Positions 10,437 to 23,562 of a stretch of DNA of 56,089 nt are shown here, piece after piece. A program made the translations under genes and the position numbers. How positions within the stretch are numbered: the first letter of the stretch is position 1; the number at the start of each line of letters is the position of its first letter. Source of the DNA: Chara braunii (taxonomy: Eukaryota; Plantae; Charophyceae). A model generated the notes under the pieces. It saw nothing but the letters and a program-made list of their open reading frames with translations, was not told the DNA's origin and ran no database searches. The stretch covers positions 1,349,035 to 1,405,123 of the forward strand of contig BFEA01000008.1 of assembly GCA_003427395.1 (NCBI GenBank), given 5' to 3'.

Positions 10437-11351
10437 CTGCGGCAGTCTCTTAGAAACTACATAGACTGAAATACACCATCCCATGTTCTCCAGTCCGGAT
10501 GGTCGGCTTGCATAATTTTTTTCCCATTTTTAGTTCCCTTGGTCTTAAGATGCTTTGGTCCCCTTTGGAGGCTTTTACCAAGATGCCTCCATTTTTTTAT
10601 TTTTTTATTTTTTTTTAGTTGCCTCCTTTTCCCTTTATCCCATATGATGATACGCAGCGTTAATCTTCTCCAATGATTCGGCAGATGCAAATCCGCTTTT
10701 CTATCGTTAGGTTTGCTCACTGCTACTGGATCTCCCGTCTTATCCATCTCTATTTCCATTTCCACTGATTGCCAATTCCAACTGAGCAATAATAGAAGCC
10801 TGCTACCTTGCAGTGTTGTATCCACCACTCGCTCTTCCCGCTTGACCCTCCTACCTTTGCCATGTCCTCGCTACGAATCGCACAACCTTTGAAACACAAT
10901 CTTCGTGGGACTGGCATACACTTTGTGCCTTCCGCGCTCCTCCTTGCTCCCACTGCCTGCACGTGCTTTGCCTACCAACAGGGCTACTGCTTCCCAGCTT
11001 CTCTGGGTTTCGCTGCCTGTCCCTCATGTTTTCTGTCCTTGACTTCCTCCACCTTCCTTGCGTTTCACATCCTGCACCTCTCTCTTCTCCACTATCGCTT
11101 TTCTCTTAGGTCTTTGCAGCACTTCCCAGGAACTGTCCACTTGCCAGCAACACATTACTCATGAGTTCTGTTGACATCTGCTGCTCTGGGAAACCTTGGT
11201 GGCGTTGACGCTTTTTTCGCTGTGTGTGTGTGGAGATGTGTGTGTGTGGAGATGGGTGTGTGGAGATGTGTGTGTGTGTGTGTGGAGGTGTGTGTGTGTG
11301 TGTATGTGTGTATGTGTGTATGTATGTGTGCGTATGTCTGTGCGTATGTGT

Positions 11352-11404
<53 letters not shown>

Positions 11405-12730
11405 CTACTCGTGAGTTATGTCGACAATTTTGTGCTGCATACTCCCTCTTTCCTTTCCATCCAATGAGTCAAAAGAGGTAGCATGATATCTGAGCTCAGC
11501 ATGCACATAGTTTTTCCATGAAGTGGGACAGCTCATGCCCGCGAGTGTGCAACAGAATGCCCTATGTATAGCAGACAAGCCTGCTCGGTTAACATTATCC
11601 CCGACTTCCGCCGCAATGAATACGCGGCTCTGAGGACAACTGGCGGCTCTGGCTGCTCCTTAAAACATTAACATAGAAGCGATAGACTCAGCTGGTGCAC
11701 GTAACAAGAAATCACTTGGTGAAGTTGGTGGCAGTCGATACATTGTTTGATGTGGGGTTCCTTTACGGCGATGCGTCGCCGCAGAGATGCATCCAACGCT
11801 TGCTGATGAGTCCAGAGGCCGTTCGCGTTCGTCAGGTACAGCATTCGTGCGGATGTTGGCACTGCGCAGATTGAGGTGGGGAAGGCTATGCTGGTGCTAT
11901 GTTCATGCTTGGAACGCATGAACCTAGCCATAGTAGCAGGCAGGATCGTGGTTGCCTAGCATGAATGGAGCACACCACTGGGGGCCTGAGCCTTACACTG
12001 AGAAGTCGCGACTTTATAAACCTGATTCATGCTGATTGAGCTGGTTGAAGATGGGGAAAACCCGTGAGAAGTAAAATAAATTGAGAGAGCGAGGAAGGGG
12101 AAGCGTGGATGGGGCGCTAACTTGCTGCTGCCGCTTCTGCTGAAACGAAGGACGATTCAACCGAATCAACAACACGCATGGCATGCTTCAGGCAGATGAA
12201 GAGCTAGCGAAGTGGGGCTGGGGGCTGGAAGTTCAGGTCTGAATCATTGAAACTCTTCCCAAGGAACAGTGCGCGTAGTGCTATGCAGAGATCAGACGCA
12301 GAGTTAAATTGAAGGCTCTGGCTGCCTATTCAGATTCCACAGCTCATCGATGATGCGCACTTGGTGCTCACCACTCTGGCAGTTGTTAGCCTGATTAAAA
12401 GGGGGGGCAATTTGTACAAGGACGTCCACATTTGTCAAGGGTGACGTCGACGTAGACTGAAGCCCACCGTTTTCATTTTCTTGTCCTTGGTAGCTTCTCA
12501 ATGTTTCATTCTTGTCCTTTTTGTCGATGTGCTCTCAGCTGTGATTACATTAGCCATCTCTGTGCCAGGAATGACTGGAAGTTACAAACCGAAGTGCTTT
12601 TGGAGTGCTTTTGGAGTGGTGAGGAGTACAAGAGAGAACTCGCACGAATGCTGTAGATGGCGACGGTAGAGAGAAGCAACTGGCGGGACAGTGGAAGTTT
12701 GAAGGCTGTCTCTCAATTCTGTATCAGGCA

Positions 12731-12779
<49 letters not shown>

Positions 12780-13116
12780 ATGTGAGGGCTGTAGAAGATG
12801 GCAGGGGTAGAGAGAGAGAGAGAGTACAAGACATGGCTGGATTTCTGGCTAACCTCTTGATCTGCACAGCATCTGGATGTGTTTCTCAATACTGTCTTTG
12901 GCAGATGAAGCAGATGATCTATTGCGTAACTGGAGTGGAGTGTCGGTAGTGCAAACCCTGGGAGGCAGTTTTCTCACTGCTGGACTGTGAGAGAAAACAT
13001 ACAAGGAATCTTGATTGGAAGTTGTGGTGCAAAGTACAGTTTTGTCACAAGTGGAAAGATGTGCTCTCAGGCTCTGGAATAAGGAGTGGGAAGACATGGG
13101 AGAAGTGTGAAGGCCA

Positions 13117-13211
13117 CCGTCGTCACCCGAGTAGAACATCTGGTCATTATGGTCCAAGTTTCAGTCTAGATGTGGCCATTACGACCGGGTGTTCTGTTCA
13201 GGCGAAGACGG
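13117..13211. mobile_element. Degenerate copy of the ~105 bp mariner-like MITE
   Basis: ccgtcgtcacccgagtagaac...gttctgttcaggcgaagacgg-ta; homologous to 43459-43563. Confidence 0.65.
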
Positions 13212-13769
13212 TAGTCATAGAAGCCGCCGACGATGTCCCCTACCGCCTCTCCTGCTGACCGCTGGATTGCAGACGCTTCTGATGGGCATGTGTACCCACA
13301 GATCGAGACAGCCGTCACACTCCAAGGCAGCAGGTACGGTGAGTCCGTGAACTCCATGGATCTATCATAATGATTTTATCATGTTAATGATGATCGTAAT
13401 GGCCACAGATCCCCGAACGCCTCTCCCGCTGACCGCTGGATTGCAGACGCTCTCTGTAATGGACACAAGTGATTTGGGTCACAAGTGAGGCGTGCATATG
13501 GGGTTGAACTCCCCACCTCCCATAATGGACACAAGTGATTTGGGTTGGACTTCTGTTTTCCTCTGCTTCTCCTGTGTGTTGATGGCTTTCTCATGATCCA
13601 TTCTTCAAATGATGGTTGAGTTCTTTTGAGGAAGGTGAGGAGGAGAAGCAAGCAGGGTCCCTCATGGCTCTATCATGTCATGCAACCCGCGCCGTGCCGC
13701 AACTCGCCATTCCCCTTTTTTTTCGTTGGCCGATGCTTTTCGCTTTTAGTTGTCGATCCGTCTTGTTGT

Positions 13770-14108
13770 AGAACCTTTCGCTTTTCGGTGTCGATCCGTC
13801 TTGCTGTAGAACTCGATGCCCGCGATGCAGTGGATGAGACCAAGCATAAGCCGTTCGTTCATCCAGACGTGTGATACTATGGCACTGATGAGAGCCTATT
13901 GCCCTATCACGATTCGCCTATGCGCCCCAGGTTTAGTGCTCTTCAGAACCTTTCGCTTTTCGGTGTCGATCCGTCTTGTTGTAGAACTCGATGCCCGCGA
14001 TGCAGTGGATGAGACGAAGCATAAGCCGTTCGTTCATCCAGACGGGTGATCCTATGGTACTCATTAGAGCCTATTGCCCTATCACGATTCGCCTATGATC
14101 CCCAGGTT
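13770..14108. repeat. ~175-bp tandem duplication
   Basis: agaacctttcgcttttcggtgtcgatccgtcttg...ccccaggttt occurs at 13770 and 13945. Confidence 0.9.
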
Positions 14109-15639
14109 TCCTGCTCCTCACTGCTCTCTTGTTTAGGCTTAGAACCTAACCGCCCTTCTTCGGCAGTTGGTGACTCGCAAAGATTGCAAGCGCAACGGAT
14201 AAGCTGGATGGCACCGGTATCTTGCCAGGTTCATTACCCTCGTCATGGCTTTTGCCATATCTGTGATCCCGATCCCGCTATCAAGACTCGTCACACGTCA
14301 TGGCTTTTCCCAGATCTCTGAGTCCAGTGTCTATTCCATTTTGCTGCTCTTCTCCCAATGCCGAACTTCATTGAACTTTCAATATTTCTGCAGCCTTCAT
14401 TTTTCCTTCTTATGCTGCCAAGTTCTGAGCACTTAGATGTCTCTTCTGCTCAGATTAGAAATGCCTGAAGCCCTGAGGTAGCGAAGGAGTTTCAGCAGCA
14501 AAGGCTTGATGAGACAGCGATTATTGTGACCTGTCTGAAATGACTCCGAATGGAAGTCGTTGGACTCGCATCCTCGTAGTGGACTGAGAGGATGTGTTGT
14601 GAGAGGAACTCTTGTCTGCAAAGCTGCAGAAAGACTTCTCTGCAGTGTCGACAGAAAGTGTTTTTTTTTTCAAACATTTTTTCCACCAGGGAGTGTTCTG
14701 CTAAGCTGTGGGACGCTGCCTGTCGACCCAGGTCACCGATGTGACGCCGCGTTCGGTTGTGCGTCTGTCGATCGTATCCGTTTCCCTCGTCCAAAGGGTT
14801 TGCCTCCATTCCTTGTGGGAGTTGGCGGAGGAGTGGAGCTTCACCGCACCGCACCTGCTGCAAGGCTGTGTTCACATAATTGAGAGAGACCTGTGCAACA
14901 AGTCCCAGGACCGGGTGGAGGAACGTCGTTGTACAAATTGCAGAATATAAAATTTGATAATCAAATTCATTCATAAAGTTCGTAGTACTGCGTACACTTA
15001 TCGAGGATCAGAGCAGCATCATTCCTAGTTAGTTGTTTGTCCCAAATTCTCCCAATGGAGGATGTTGCTCGCAAGATACATCCATCTTCTAATTCATACC
15101 AGTTCAATTATTCAGTTTCCTTCCACCACAGAGGGTGCAAGGAAAGGGAGGGTGTTTTGAGGAGGGGCCCCACGGACGGGGGGGAAGGACAAAGATTCTT
15201 CCAGAATAGGGGGTATTATAACATGACTGCAGAGTATATCTAGTTATATGCGACTCTAGTAAAGGGACCTTGTGGGGGGGGGGGGGGGGGGGGGGGTTGC
15301 AGGACTTTTGCTCGTACGAATTTAAATCCAACTGTTTGTGCCCCTATACACGTGAACGAGTATCCGTGTGTGTATGCACGAGTTTCTTTGCATCAGGAAT
15401 GATGGTTAAAGCTGTCCGATCTTGCATTATGAGAAGAGAATCAGACGGCACGCGCGCGCGCGCGCACGAGAGAGAGAGAGAGGTGGTGAACTCTGATGTT
15501 AGATTACTGTAGAGAAGAGAAGAATATGAAGATGATGTTGGACTACCGATGGGGAGAGATTCATAACAAGACGTCTCAAGGATTGTGCACGTGTTACGCA
15601 GAGAAGTGTGCTAACGTGTGCATGAGTGTGCACGCGCGC

Positions 15640-15716
<77 letters not shown>

Positions 15717-16412
15717 AGGCAGACAGCAAGATAAATAAACACAGGGTTGTAATTCTAAGGTAACATGTCGAATTCGCTACAATAATTTCGAGGCCAAATC
15801 AACACACCGTAGTTCAGCATCTCTGCCATCTGCCATTCTGGCGTGTACCATACGCAATGTTGTGCTGACGTCTTTGGAAAGTGATTCAACACACCGTAGT
15901 CGTCATTCGTCTTTGCGTACTGGATGGATGAGATGGCATGTTGATCGTCTCCACTCCCCCGTAGAAAACGGAGATGTGATTTGTACAAACAGTTTATGTT
16001 TCTTTACTTCTTGTCATGCACACGCCCTTGTGGTTGCTGTGGGATCAACTGTGTGGGCTACACCAACTTATGTTTTCCGCTGAAAGAACAGCTCACTTTG
16101 TGAAGCCCCTCCCTGGACACATGGGGAACGCATAGCGGCCATCCCGATTTCTTGTGGGAGGCAGTGCTGTGCCGCTAGCTGAAGATAAAAAATGAAAAAT
16201 TGGGATGTCTCCCAGTGATGCCAGTCTAGAGCTCCTGCTACTGACTCGATAATCTCGTGATTTTGATTTTTCTAGTCCTTGGGTCCCTGGAGATGGACTG
16301 AACTAATTAAAAAAAAAAGTGTAATCCCACATCTACTTGTATTGGAACATTTGACTAACACAGTGATCAGCTGGCCGTGCCATCGCATCGCCATAAGATG
16401 GCGAGTCCACCA

Positions 16413-16485
16413 CCCGAGAGCCTAACTTGGTGGGTACACCCATGAACTGTTGACATACAGACCCGTGTTTGAATCCAGATGATGG
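16413..16485 (+). mobile_element. tRNA-like SINE head
   Basis: A-box-like taacttggtgg (16423) and B-box-like gtttgaatcc (16467) around core gggtacacccatgaactgttga; homologues at 41571-41630 (+), 54721-54795 (-) and partially ~17378-17405. Confidence 0.55.
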
Positions 16486-18916
16486 AGCTTGATGAGTAAG
16501 ACCAGTCACTACTGAATTGCCTGGAGCCGGTCAGGTCAAAAATGATATCTGAACACCGTCACCTGCTGGGTAGTCGAGCGAGGCCCTAAGAGCACTGCCT
16601 GATCGAACCTTGCTTCACTACTCGCCAGGGGAAAGAACCAAAAAAGAAAGCAACTGCTGAGAAAAATAAACGATGATTCCTTTCTTTTGGCGTTTGTGCG
16701 CGCGGTGAGTAGTTGAGCGAGGCCCTTTCGACTGCTCACCAAACGGGCAGAGGCCCTGGCTGCAGTACTCTTCAACTGTGTAAAAAGAGACTGGATGCAT
16801 CTCTAGAACATGGAACGACGCATTGCCATCTTTTTTGTTCTGGAGAGTAATGCAACCACGCCCAAATTCCAAAAAAAAGAAATTTCGCCTGGAACAGCGA
16901 AAGATGCACCGCCATACTTTGGGCCTTGCTGCTCCACTCTCAAAATGTGCAAAATGAGACGGAATCTACGGCTAGAACATGGGAGGGATACATTGCCATC
17001 TTTTTTGTCTTTTGTGCATGTGGAGAGTAGTGCACCGAGGCCCTTTTGTCTTTTTTGTCTTTTGGTGCCGACCTACAATCTCCTCCCCCCCCCCCCCCCC
17101 CCCCCCNATCCTTCCTCTTCCCTCAGCTGAAGCCCGTTCACCACAACGAATGGGCACAACTTCCTGCATGAGAAGGTGATGGAGGGGGAATATAAAGGGA
17201 AATCCACAAGAAAAACGGAAAAAAAAATTGTCAGGCTGCCGTGGAAACGGATACCCACTACTTCCTCTGGGAACTACGAGTCCCCATCAGTTCACCTTAC
17301 TCCGCATTACGCTCCGTTCTTTTTTTTTTTTTTTTTTAAACGTATCCCGTTGGCATAAAGCCAACGCTCATATCATGGGTCACACCCGTGAACTGCTGAA
17401 ATGCAGGCACTAATTCAATTCCATATTGAATCGATTCAATCGAAATCACGAGGAAAACAATTTTGATGATTTTTTTTTTTTTTTTTTTTTTTAATGTATT
17501 TCCTCTTGGCCCATGGGGCTGCATGCACGACCGCTTTTGGCCTCATGACCCAGAATGCCAGGATGGACTGCGCCATACAGGTCTTGGCTGGCTGCTCCCA
17601 TCAAAAGGAGCTTGCTCAGTTTGAGGCCAGTTAGGCTTGATCCCATGTCTACTGGGTGAGAGTCCGACATTGTAACGTATTGGGATAGCTCCTCCTCCTT
17701 CGGAAGAAGTATGAGCAATCCCGCTGTATGAGGGGTTGTTCAAAGTGCCCCCACTCATTCCGCGGCTTGGCAGATCCTATTTGCTTTACAATTTCACATG
17801 GCTGGCCACCTGCCTTTAGCTCAGTGGTGCCCCATGCGTTAGGCTAAAGGGTCGGGCTCTCAAGCCCCTTGCGTGGGATCAAACCTTGGAGGCCTATCTG
17901 GACGAGGCCCGTTAGAAATGTAAAACAAATAAATCATGAAAATGAGCGGCTTTACTGTGCGCTGTTGCAGCAAATCTAACACGGTCATTCTTTTTAGCTA
18001 CTTAGGCCCTGAATCGCGCGATTGCTAAGCCACACGTCCTTATATTGGTTAGGACAGGCTTGAGATTAAATTTGCCCATGACCTTACATCCGTGCGGCCT
18101 TACAAAAATCGGGAAGAGACTGATCACACTGCTGGTTTTCACTGTCATTTGAGGATTATCCCAGACATCCGGACTTAGGTTAAAAAATGTTTGACCCTCT
18201 CATTGGTAGATATGGTCGGAATAACTTTTAGGCAGGCGTCGCTCAATTCAGTGAAGTGATCGGACAACGTTCGATATTGAAATAACTCGAGCAGACACCC
18301 TTGTAAGGATTTTTGCTCAATAACTTTTAGGCAGGCGCCTCAATTTTTTCATACTCAATTCAATGAAATGGTCGAACAACGTTCGACATTGAAATAACCC
18401 AAGCAGACACCCTTGTTAGGGTTTTTGCTCCAACAACGGCAATAAGAGATGCATAATAAGCATACATATCGGAGTCTGATAATTTACATTGTTGTACTAC
18501 ATTTCAATAGTCAAATAAGTAAAAGAAATATACCACTTTTTTGGTGATTCATCAAAAGATGACGTGGTGGAGAAATGGAAGAGGACCTTCAACTGCCACA
18601 ACTTCTCACAAATCGATAGGTTTCTAATATACACAACAAGCTAAAGGTTGTACAAAATATAAATGGGCCATAGGACATTATAAATGGTATGAGTCCGTAT
18701 GACGTCATTCTACAATCAGTTGTCGAGGATTAAAAAAATAATGCATAAATACCTAGGCTACCAGAGTGGCCCGCGACCACTTGCCCGCCCATCCCAAAAC
18801 AAATAAAATAAAAGGAAAGTTAAAAAAATATTTTTTACTAGGCTACCAGCTGGGCCGCCCGGGTCACCCTGTTTTCCCAAGCGGCCCAACCGTGCAAGGA
18901 CCACGGAAGGTCCCAC

Positions 18917-18952
<36 letters not shown>

Positions 18953-19295
18953 GGAAAACAGGATGACGTAACAAGGGGTAGGGACCATAAGAGGGACAAA
19001 ACGACACTATTCGGTCGCAAGGGCATTACCCTCCCCACAATACTCCCGGCGTCTTTCTCCCACATGTAACCTAGACAACTTTTGCAACAGGGTCACATCG
19101 AATTTTTTTACCAAATTATAGGCCATTACTAGGCGGCCATGCTGTGCCTCTAGTGCCAGCGGCGTGTCTGGAGTGTATTTTTTGGCTGTGACAGACCTTT
19201 CTTTGTTTCGTGGATNAGTTTTCCATCTGGTGTGGGTGAGTGATAGTCTACTTTGATTTTGGTTAAGGTAGATTATCATTTACAGTGTAATCAGT

Positions 19296-19440
19296 GAGGG
19301 GATTCTGCAGACTGAGGGTTCGGCCTCCTGATGAGTCGGTGAAACTCCCACAAAATAGTTTGTCACAGCCCTTCGTTTGTTGTCATCTTCTCTCTCTCTA
19401 CCTACGGTTTACCGGGCAGTTCTGTTTGTGACAATATATA
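19296..19440 (+). ncRNA. Degenerate hammerhead-ribozyme-like motif at the head of an (AT)n-tailed repeat
   Basis: cagactg-agggttcggcctc-CTGATGAG-tcggtgaaactccca-c-AAAAT-agtttg. The sister copy at 46874 has intact stem II and GAAAC (tgagtcggtgaaactccgacgaaacagtttgtc). Confidence 0.65.
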
Positions 19441-19446
19441 TATATA

Positions 19447-19510
19447 TCGTCACAAATAGAACTGGTCGGTAAACCGTAGGCAGAGAGAGAAGAGGACAAC
19501 AAACGAGGGG

Positions 19511-19515
<5 letters not shown>
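19447..19515 (-). mobile_element. Inverted 5'-truncated copy of the same repeat, tail-to-tail across an (AT)n tract
   Basis: cgtcacaaatagaactggtcggtaaaccgtaggcagagagagaagaggacaacaaacgaggggctgtg is the reverse complement of the repeat. Confidence 0.85.
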
Positions 19516-19546
<31 letters not shown>

Positions 19547-20875
19547 CGATATATATATATATATATATACGATATATATAGTGGACCTTTACAAAAGATT
19601 TTAATTTCACAATTACTAAGTCACTGGTTACTCAAAATCATGGCTATTCTGTTGAGTTTTCCTGTTTTACAATTGCTATATATATAATTGTTTTTTTTTT
19701 GGGCGGAGAAAGTGGTCCTTGACCATTCTGGTAGCCTAAATTTTCTAACTTCAATTTTTTTGTTGTTGATTGGGGAGAAGATGAATTGGTGTGGTATGAA
19801 GTCACGATTATTACTATCCTAATCTGGAAAACTTTATGTTGTTGTCACAATCCCGCCACGTGGCAGCCATGTGGTTGACCGAGACTGGTTTATCGCGACC
19901 AGCCGCTTGCGATTTCTTCATTTGCGACTTCTCTCCCTCCGACACTTCTTGATGTTTTTTAGGTTTTGGTAAATTAGTTTTTTACTGGGAATTCATTTTG
20001 TGTTGAAGTACGAGTCATGATTACGGTTTCTGCTTTGTAGATAATTAAGCGTTAGGGATGATTACAGTAATTGCGTTGGGTATACATCAGGAGTTTGTGT
20101 GGTTGTTTTTGCAGATCGATAATATAAAATTAATCGATACATTGGAATCTTGCCACGTGACAGCCATGTAGTTGATTGCGACCGGCCAATGGACCTGCCA
20201 TTATAAACGGTTGATACCCTGAAGATCATCCATAATGACAGGCTTGATGCTTCCCCCCATCAAGCATGTTATTTTGGACAATCTTCAACTGCTGCAGCCC
20301 ACAGTAGGCTTGCCTACCTTTGTTGCTTTTTGACCGAAATTCCATTTGGCTCTTGGATCGGAGAGAGTGGGACATTTAGCTTATTGGAAATCTGCTTTGT
20401 TCGAAATTGGGTTTATTTTTTTGACGCGATTTCTATTAAATCCATAATGACAGGCTTGATGTTGGCCCCCATCAAGCATGTCACTTTGGACAATCTTCAT
20501 CTGCTGCAGCCCACAGTAGGCTTGCCTCCCTTTGTCGCTTTTTGACTGAAATTCCCTTTGGCTGTTGGATTGGAGAGAGTTGGACACATTCGACTTATTG
20601 AAAATTTGCTTTGTTCGAAATTGGGTTTGATTTTTTAATGCAATTTCTATTAAGATCTTTCAAGTGTCAAGTGGAACACTTCTCGATGTTTTTGAGGTTT
20701 TGGTTAATTAGTCCTTAATCGGGAATTCATTTTGTGTTGGAGTATTCGTCATGATTATGGTTTTTGCTTTGTAGATAATTTAGGGTTAGGGATGATTACG
20801 GTAATTGCATCGGGTATAGGTCAGAAATTTGTGTGGATGTTTTTGCATATTAATAATATAGAATTAATCGCTACA

Positions 20876-23562
20876 CATGGCTCCCCCCCGACGATCCCCT
20901 AAGAATCCTAGGGCGTTGATCACTGTCAGAGGAAGGCCAACATCGAACTACGAGTGGCTGATCGGGCGAGCGCAAATTATTAAAGTAGATAAATGGAACA
21001 ACCAAGGCACATCCATCTTTGGGCGGCCTCTCGTCATTAACAATGTGATCCTGGCCACACTCTGGTATAAGGCCATCCTATGACCTATGAGTAACGGGGG
21101 GCTCAGAGCACTGAAACAGCAGCTAGCGGTCTTCCTGTGGAGAGGCAATAGTAACACCACCCACGCCATAAGCCGCGTTGTGTGGGACGCGGTGATCCAG
21201 CCTAAGAACAAAGGCGGTCTAGGCATTGTGGACCCGGCCACTCAATTCCAGGCTCTCTCGATTCGCTGGTTTTAGCTTATCATCTTCTCATCGGCCTCCC
21301 CATGGGTCCCCCTTGCCCTGGCAGAAATCCGGGACCTTGCCCCATAATCTCCACCGGAAATCGACCCCCGCGTATGGTTGGAAGACAGGTACTGGAGGAT
21401 ACCTAAGAAGTACAGAAACGGGGATCCTACCGACAGATACTGGGTGCGCCTTATACGTACATGGAGAAGACTCCCCCCCCCCCAACCGGCCGACTCCAGA
21501 GAGGTGGGAAGAAATATTCAGGCAGCCCCTATTTGGCAACCGCCTAATAACGGACTCCGAAGGGTATGTGCAGTGCGTGTCGGACACACGATGGAAAGGT
21601 TGGGCGAAATACGGTGTGCGAAAGGTTGGGGACCTGTGGGATGCAGAGGTAAGAAATTGGAAGAGCGCGGAAAGGTTACGAACAACACTATCCTATTGTC
21701 ACCTCATCGAAAGGGCTCTGAATGAGTTGATTGACAATTTCCCCCTCCATTGGTACGCCACTCTTAGAAAAGGCCCCTGCATAAAGGAAGATGATTGGGT
21801 AGGATTGTCGGGCCACGTGTGGGAGGTGGGGTACGTGCACCTCGCGGACCAGGCATAGGTGCTAATTGAAGTCTTCTTAATTCTAAAGGACGATAGACTG
21901 CGTTGTAATCATCAACCCTTCATATGGAAGGAGCTGAGGGATGTCTATCGCATCAGGGTCATTGATGAGGGAGGCCACCAGAGGGCGTATAGCCCAATGA
22001 CCCAATCGAGGACCTCCCCTTGGACCCTGATAAGTGGCAATGGACCGTGAACACCCCACCCAGGAAGGGAGAGGCGAAAACACTGACACTACGCAACTTA
22101 AAATCTAAGTCTGTCTATCGAATGCTCAGACCCAAATGTAAATTACGTGACCGCATAGAAGACAGATCGTATCGCCACCTCAACGCAGACTACTGAAACC
22201 CATCCGGTGGTTTGCACACCACAACAAAAGACCTGCCAAGATCTCCGCACTCCAGTGGCAAATAGAGGCACAGGTGTCTACCAACCAATGATTGGTTGAT
22301 AGACCATACCCGCCCGGAACAACAGGGGAAGGCACTACCATGGTGTCATAAATGTCTCCTGAGTTATCCAGGGAGGAGGAGGGTTGAGACCATCGAACAT
22401 ATATTCCTCCAATGTCCCGCATCAGTACTATTATGGAGAAGCTGGGATAGGATCTGACGTCATATTGTCCCTGGCGCGGTCTGGCCATGGGATTGGAGGG
22501 CCCTTCTCTTGGGATACTACCCTCCAATCCAAGGGCAAACATTCGAGGAAAACATGTTCAGTCTAGGCAGACGGAGTGTCATGTGGACTATATGGTGGAT
22601 AAGGTGTTGTCGTGAGATAGAGGGGGCGACAGTGGAAGACGGCGAGGCCATGGAGCAAATCCGAACATTGGTCCAACACGAGGTAGCGGCCCAATGGAAG
22701 ACAGCTAAAGAAAAGCTCGACTTGATGAATACCTGGGGGGATATGAACAGGATCATCTCTTCAACAAGAGCTGGTTGGGCGAAGAGAGGGAGGGTTGGGT
22801 GGCCGAAGTGAAATGGACCGGCCGCCAACCTGAAAGGGAATCACATGGAGAACCCCGGACAGAAATGGTACGAGACTACCAACTGATCTTTCATGACTGG
22901 ACCACGATTGATCCAGGTACCCCGCTGCGACCGGCTCAGGACTTCGCAAACCCTTTCCCACCCCACCAGCTGGCCTTGGAAGAAATACTACCGGTTGTAT
23001 GAGATCCGGTTAACGGATTGAGGCCAGCACTGCTTACCCCTGCTTATCCTTGCTTACCCCTTTTTATCCCTGCCTTCAGTACATTCTCAGTTGGTTCAAA
23101 CCTTCGGCTGTTTATCAGTTGTTTTTTTGGTACCCTTAGTTGGTACCCTTAGTTGGTACCCTTAGTTGTTTTTCAGTTTCTTTTAGACTTCTCAGACTTT
23201 TCACACATTTCAAACATCCCAGACATTCTCAAAAGATAGTGCGGCAGTGTGACATGGAAGGCGGGTTGGGAACAGACAGGGACCTTTGGTGCCCCCCAGT
23301 GGCCCTGCTGAGCCCCAACCCAAGACCTTGGCGGTGGATAGAACAGGACGGTTACAATGGGACGCTGGACCCAGTTTCCAACACACTATCTCATGATTCC
23401 TTATGTCTGTTTATTACAAATGTAAGGGACTCTGGACCTGGTTTCCAGCAGGTGCTGCTCCCCACCAATAGATGGAGCCTGCCTGGAGTGCTAGCGGCGT
23501 CTGATGATATCAGCACCGCAAGCAATACCCGGGTGTTTAAAAAAAAAAAAAAAAAAAAAAAA
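20876..23562 (+). mobile_element. 5'-truncated L1/Tx1-type LINE (ORF2 C-terminal half, pseudogenised)
   Basis: KWNNQGTSIFGRPLVINNVILATLWY...FLWRG...VVWDAVIQPKNKGGLGI is the post-RT signature, followed by RQPLFGN and a C-terminal CHKC...ETIEHIFLQCP zinc knuckle (~22345-22420). Stops and frameshifts are present, poly(A) is at 23539-23562, and the probable TSD aatcg(c/a)taca lies at 20866-20875 and 23563-23572. Confidence 0.88.

Larger units (their letters stand above)
18838..19739 (-). mobile_element. Second copy of the same family nested in inverted orientation
   Basis: Begins with the reverse complement of the family right end (ctaggctaccagctgggccgcccgggtcaccc) and ends ctggtagcctaa; flanks atttttta / attttcta. 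Confidence 0.75.

Noticed and set aside
13886-13925. CTGATGAG as a hammerhead core
   Set aside because: No downstream stem II plus GAAA.
11500-16100. Several 60-160 aa ORFs of complex sequence as exons of a gene
   Set aside because: No recognisable family, frequent stops in all frames, no consistent splice model.
17811-17893. tRNA gene (tagctcagtgg ... gggatcaaacc)
   Set aside because: Box-like motifs present but no consistent cloverleaf; at most a SINE or tRNA relic.
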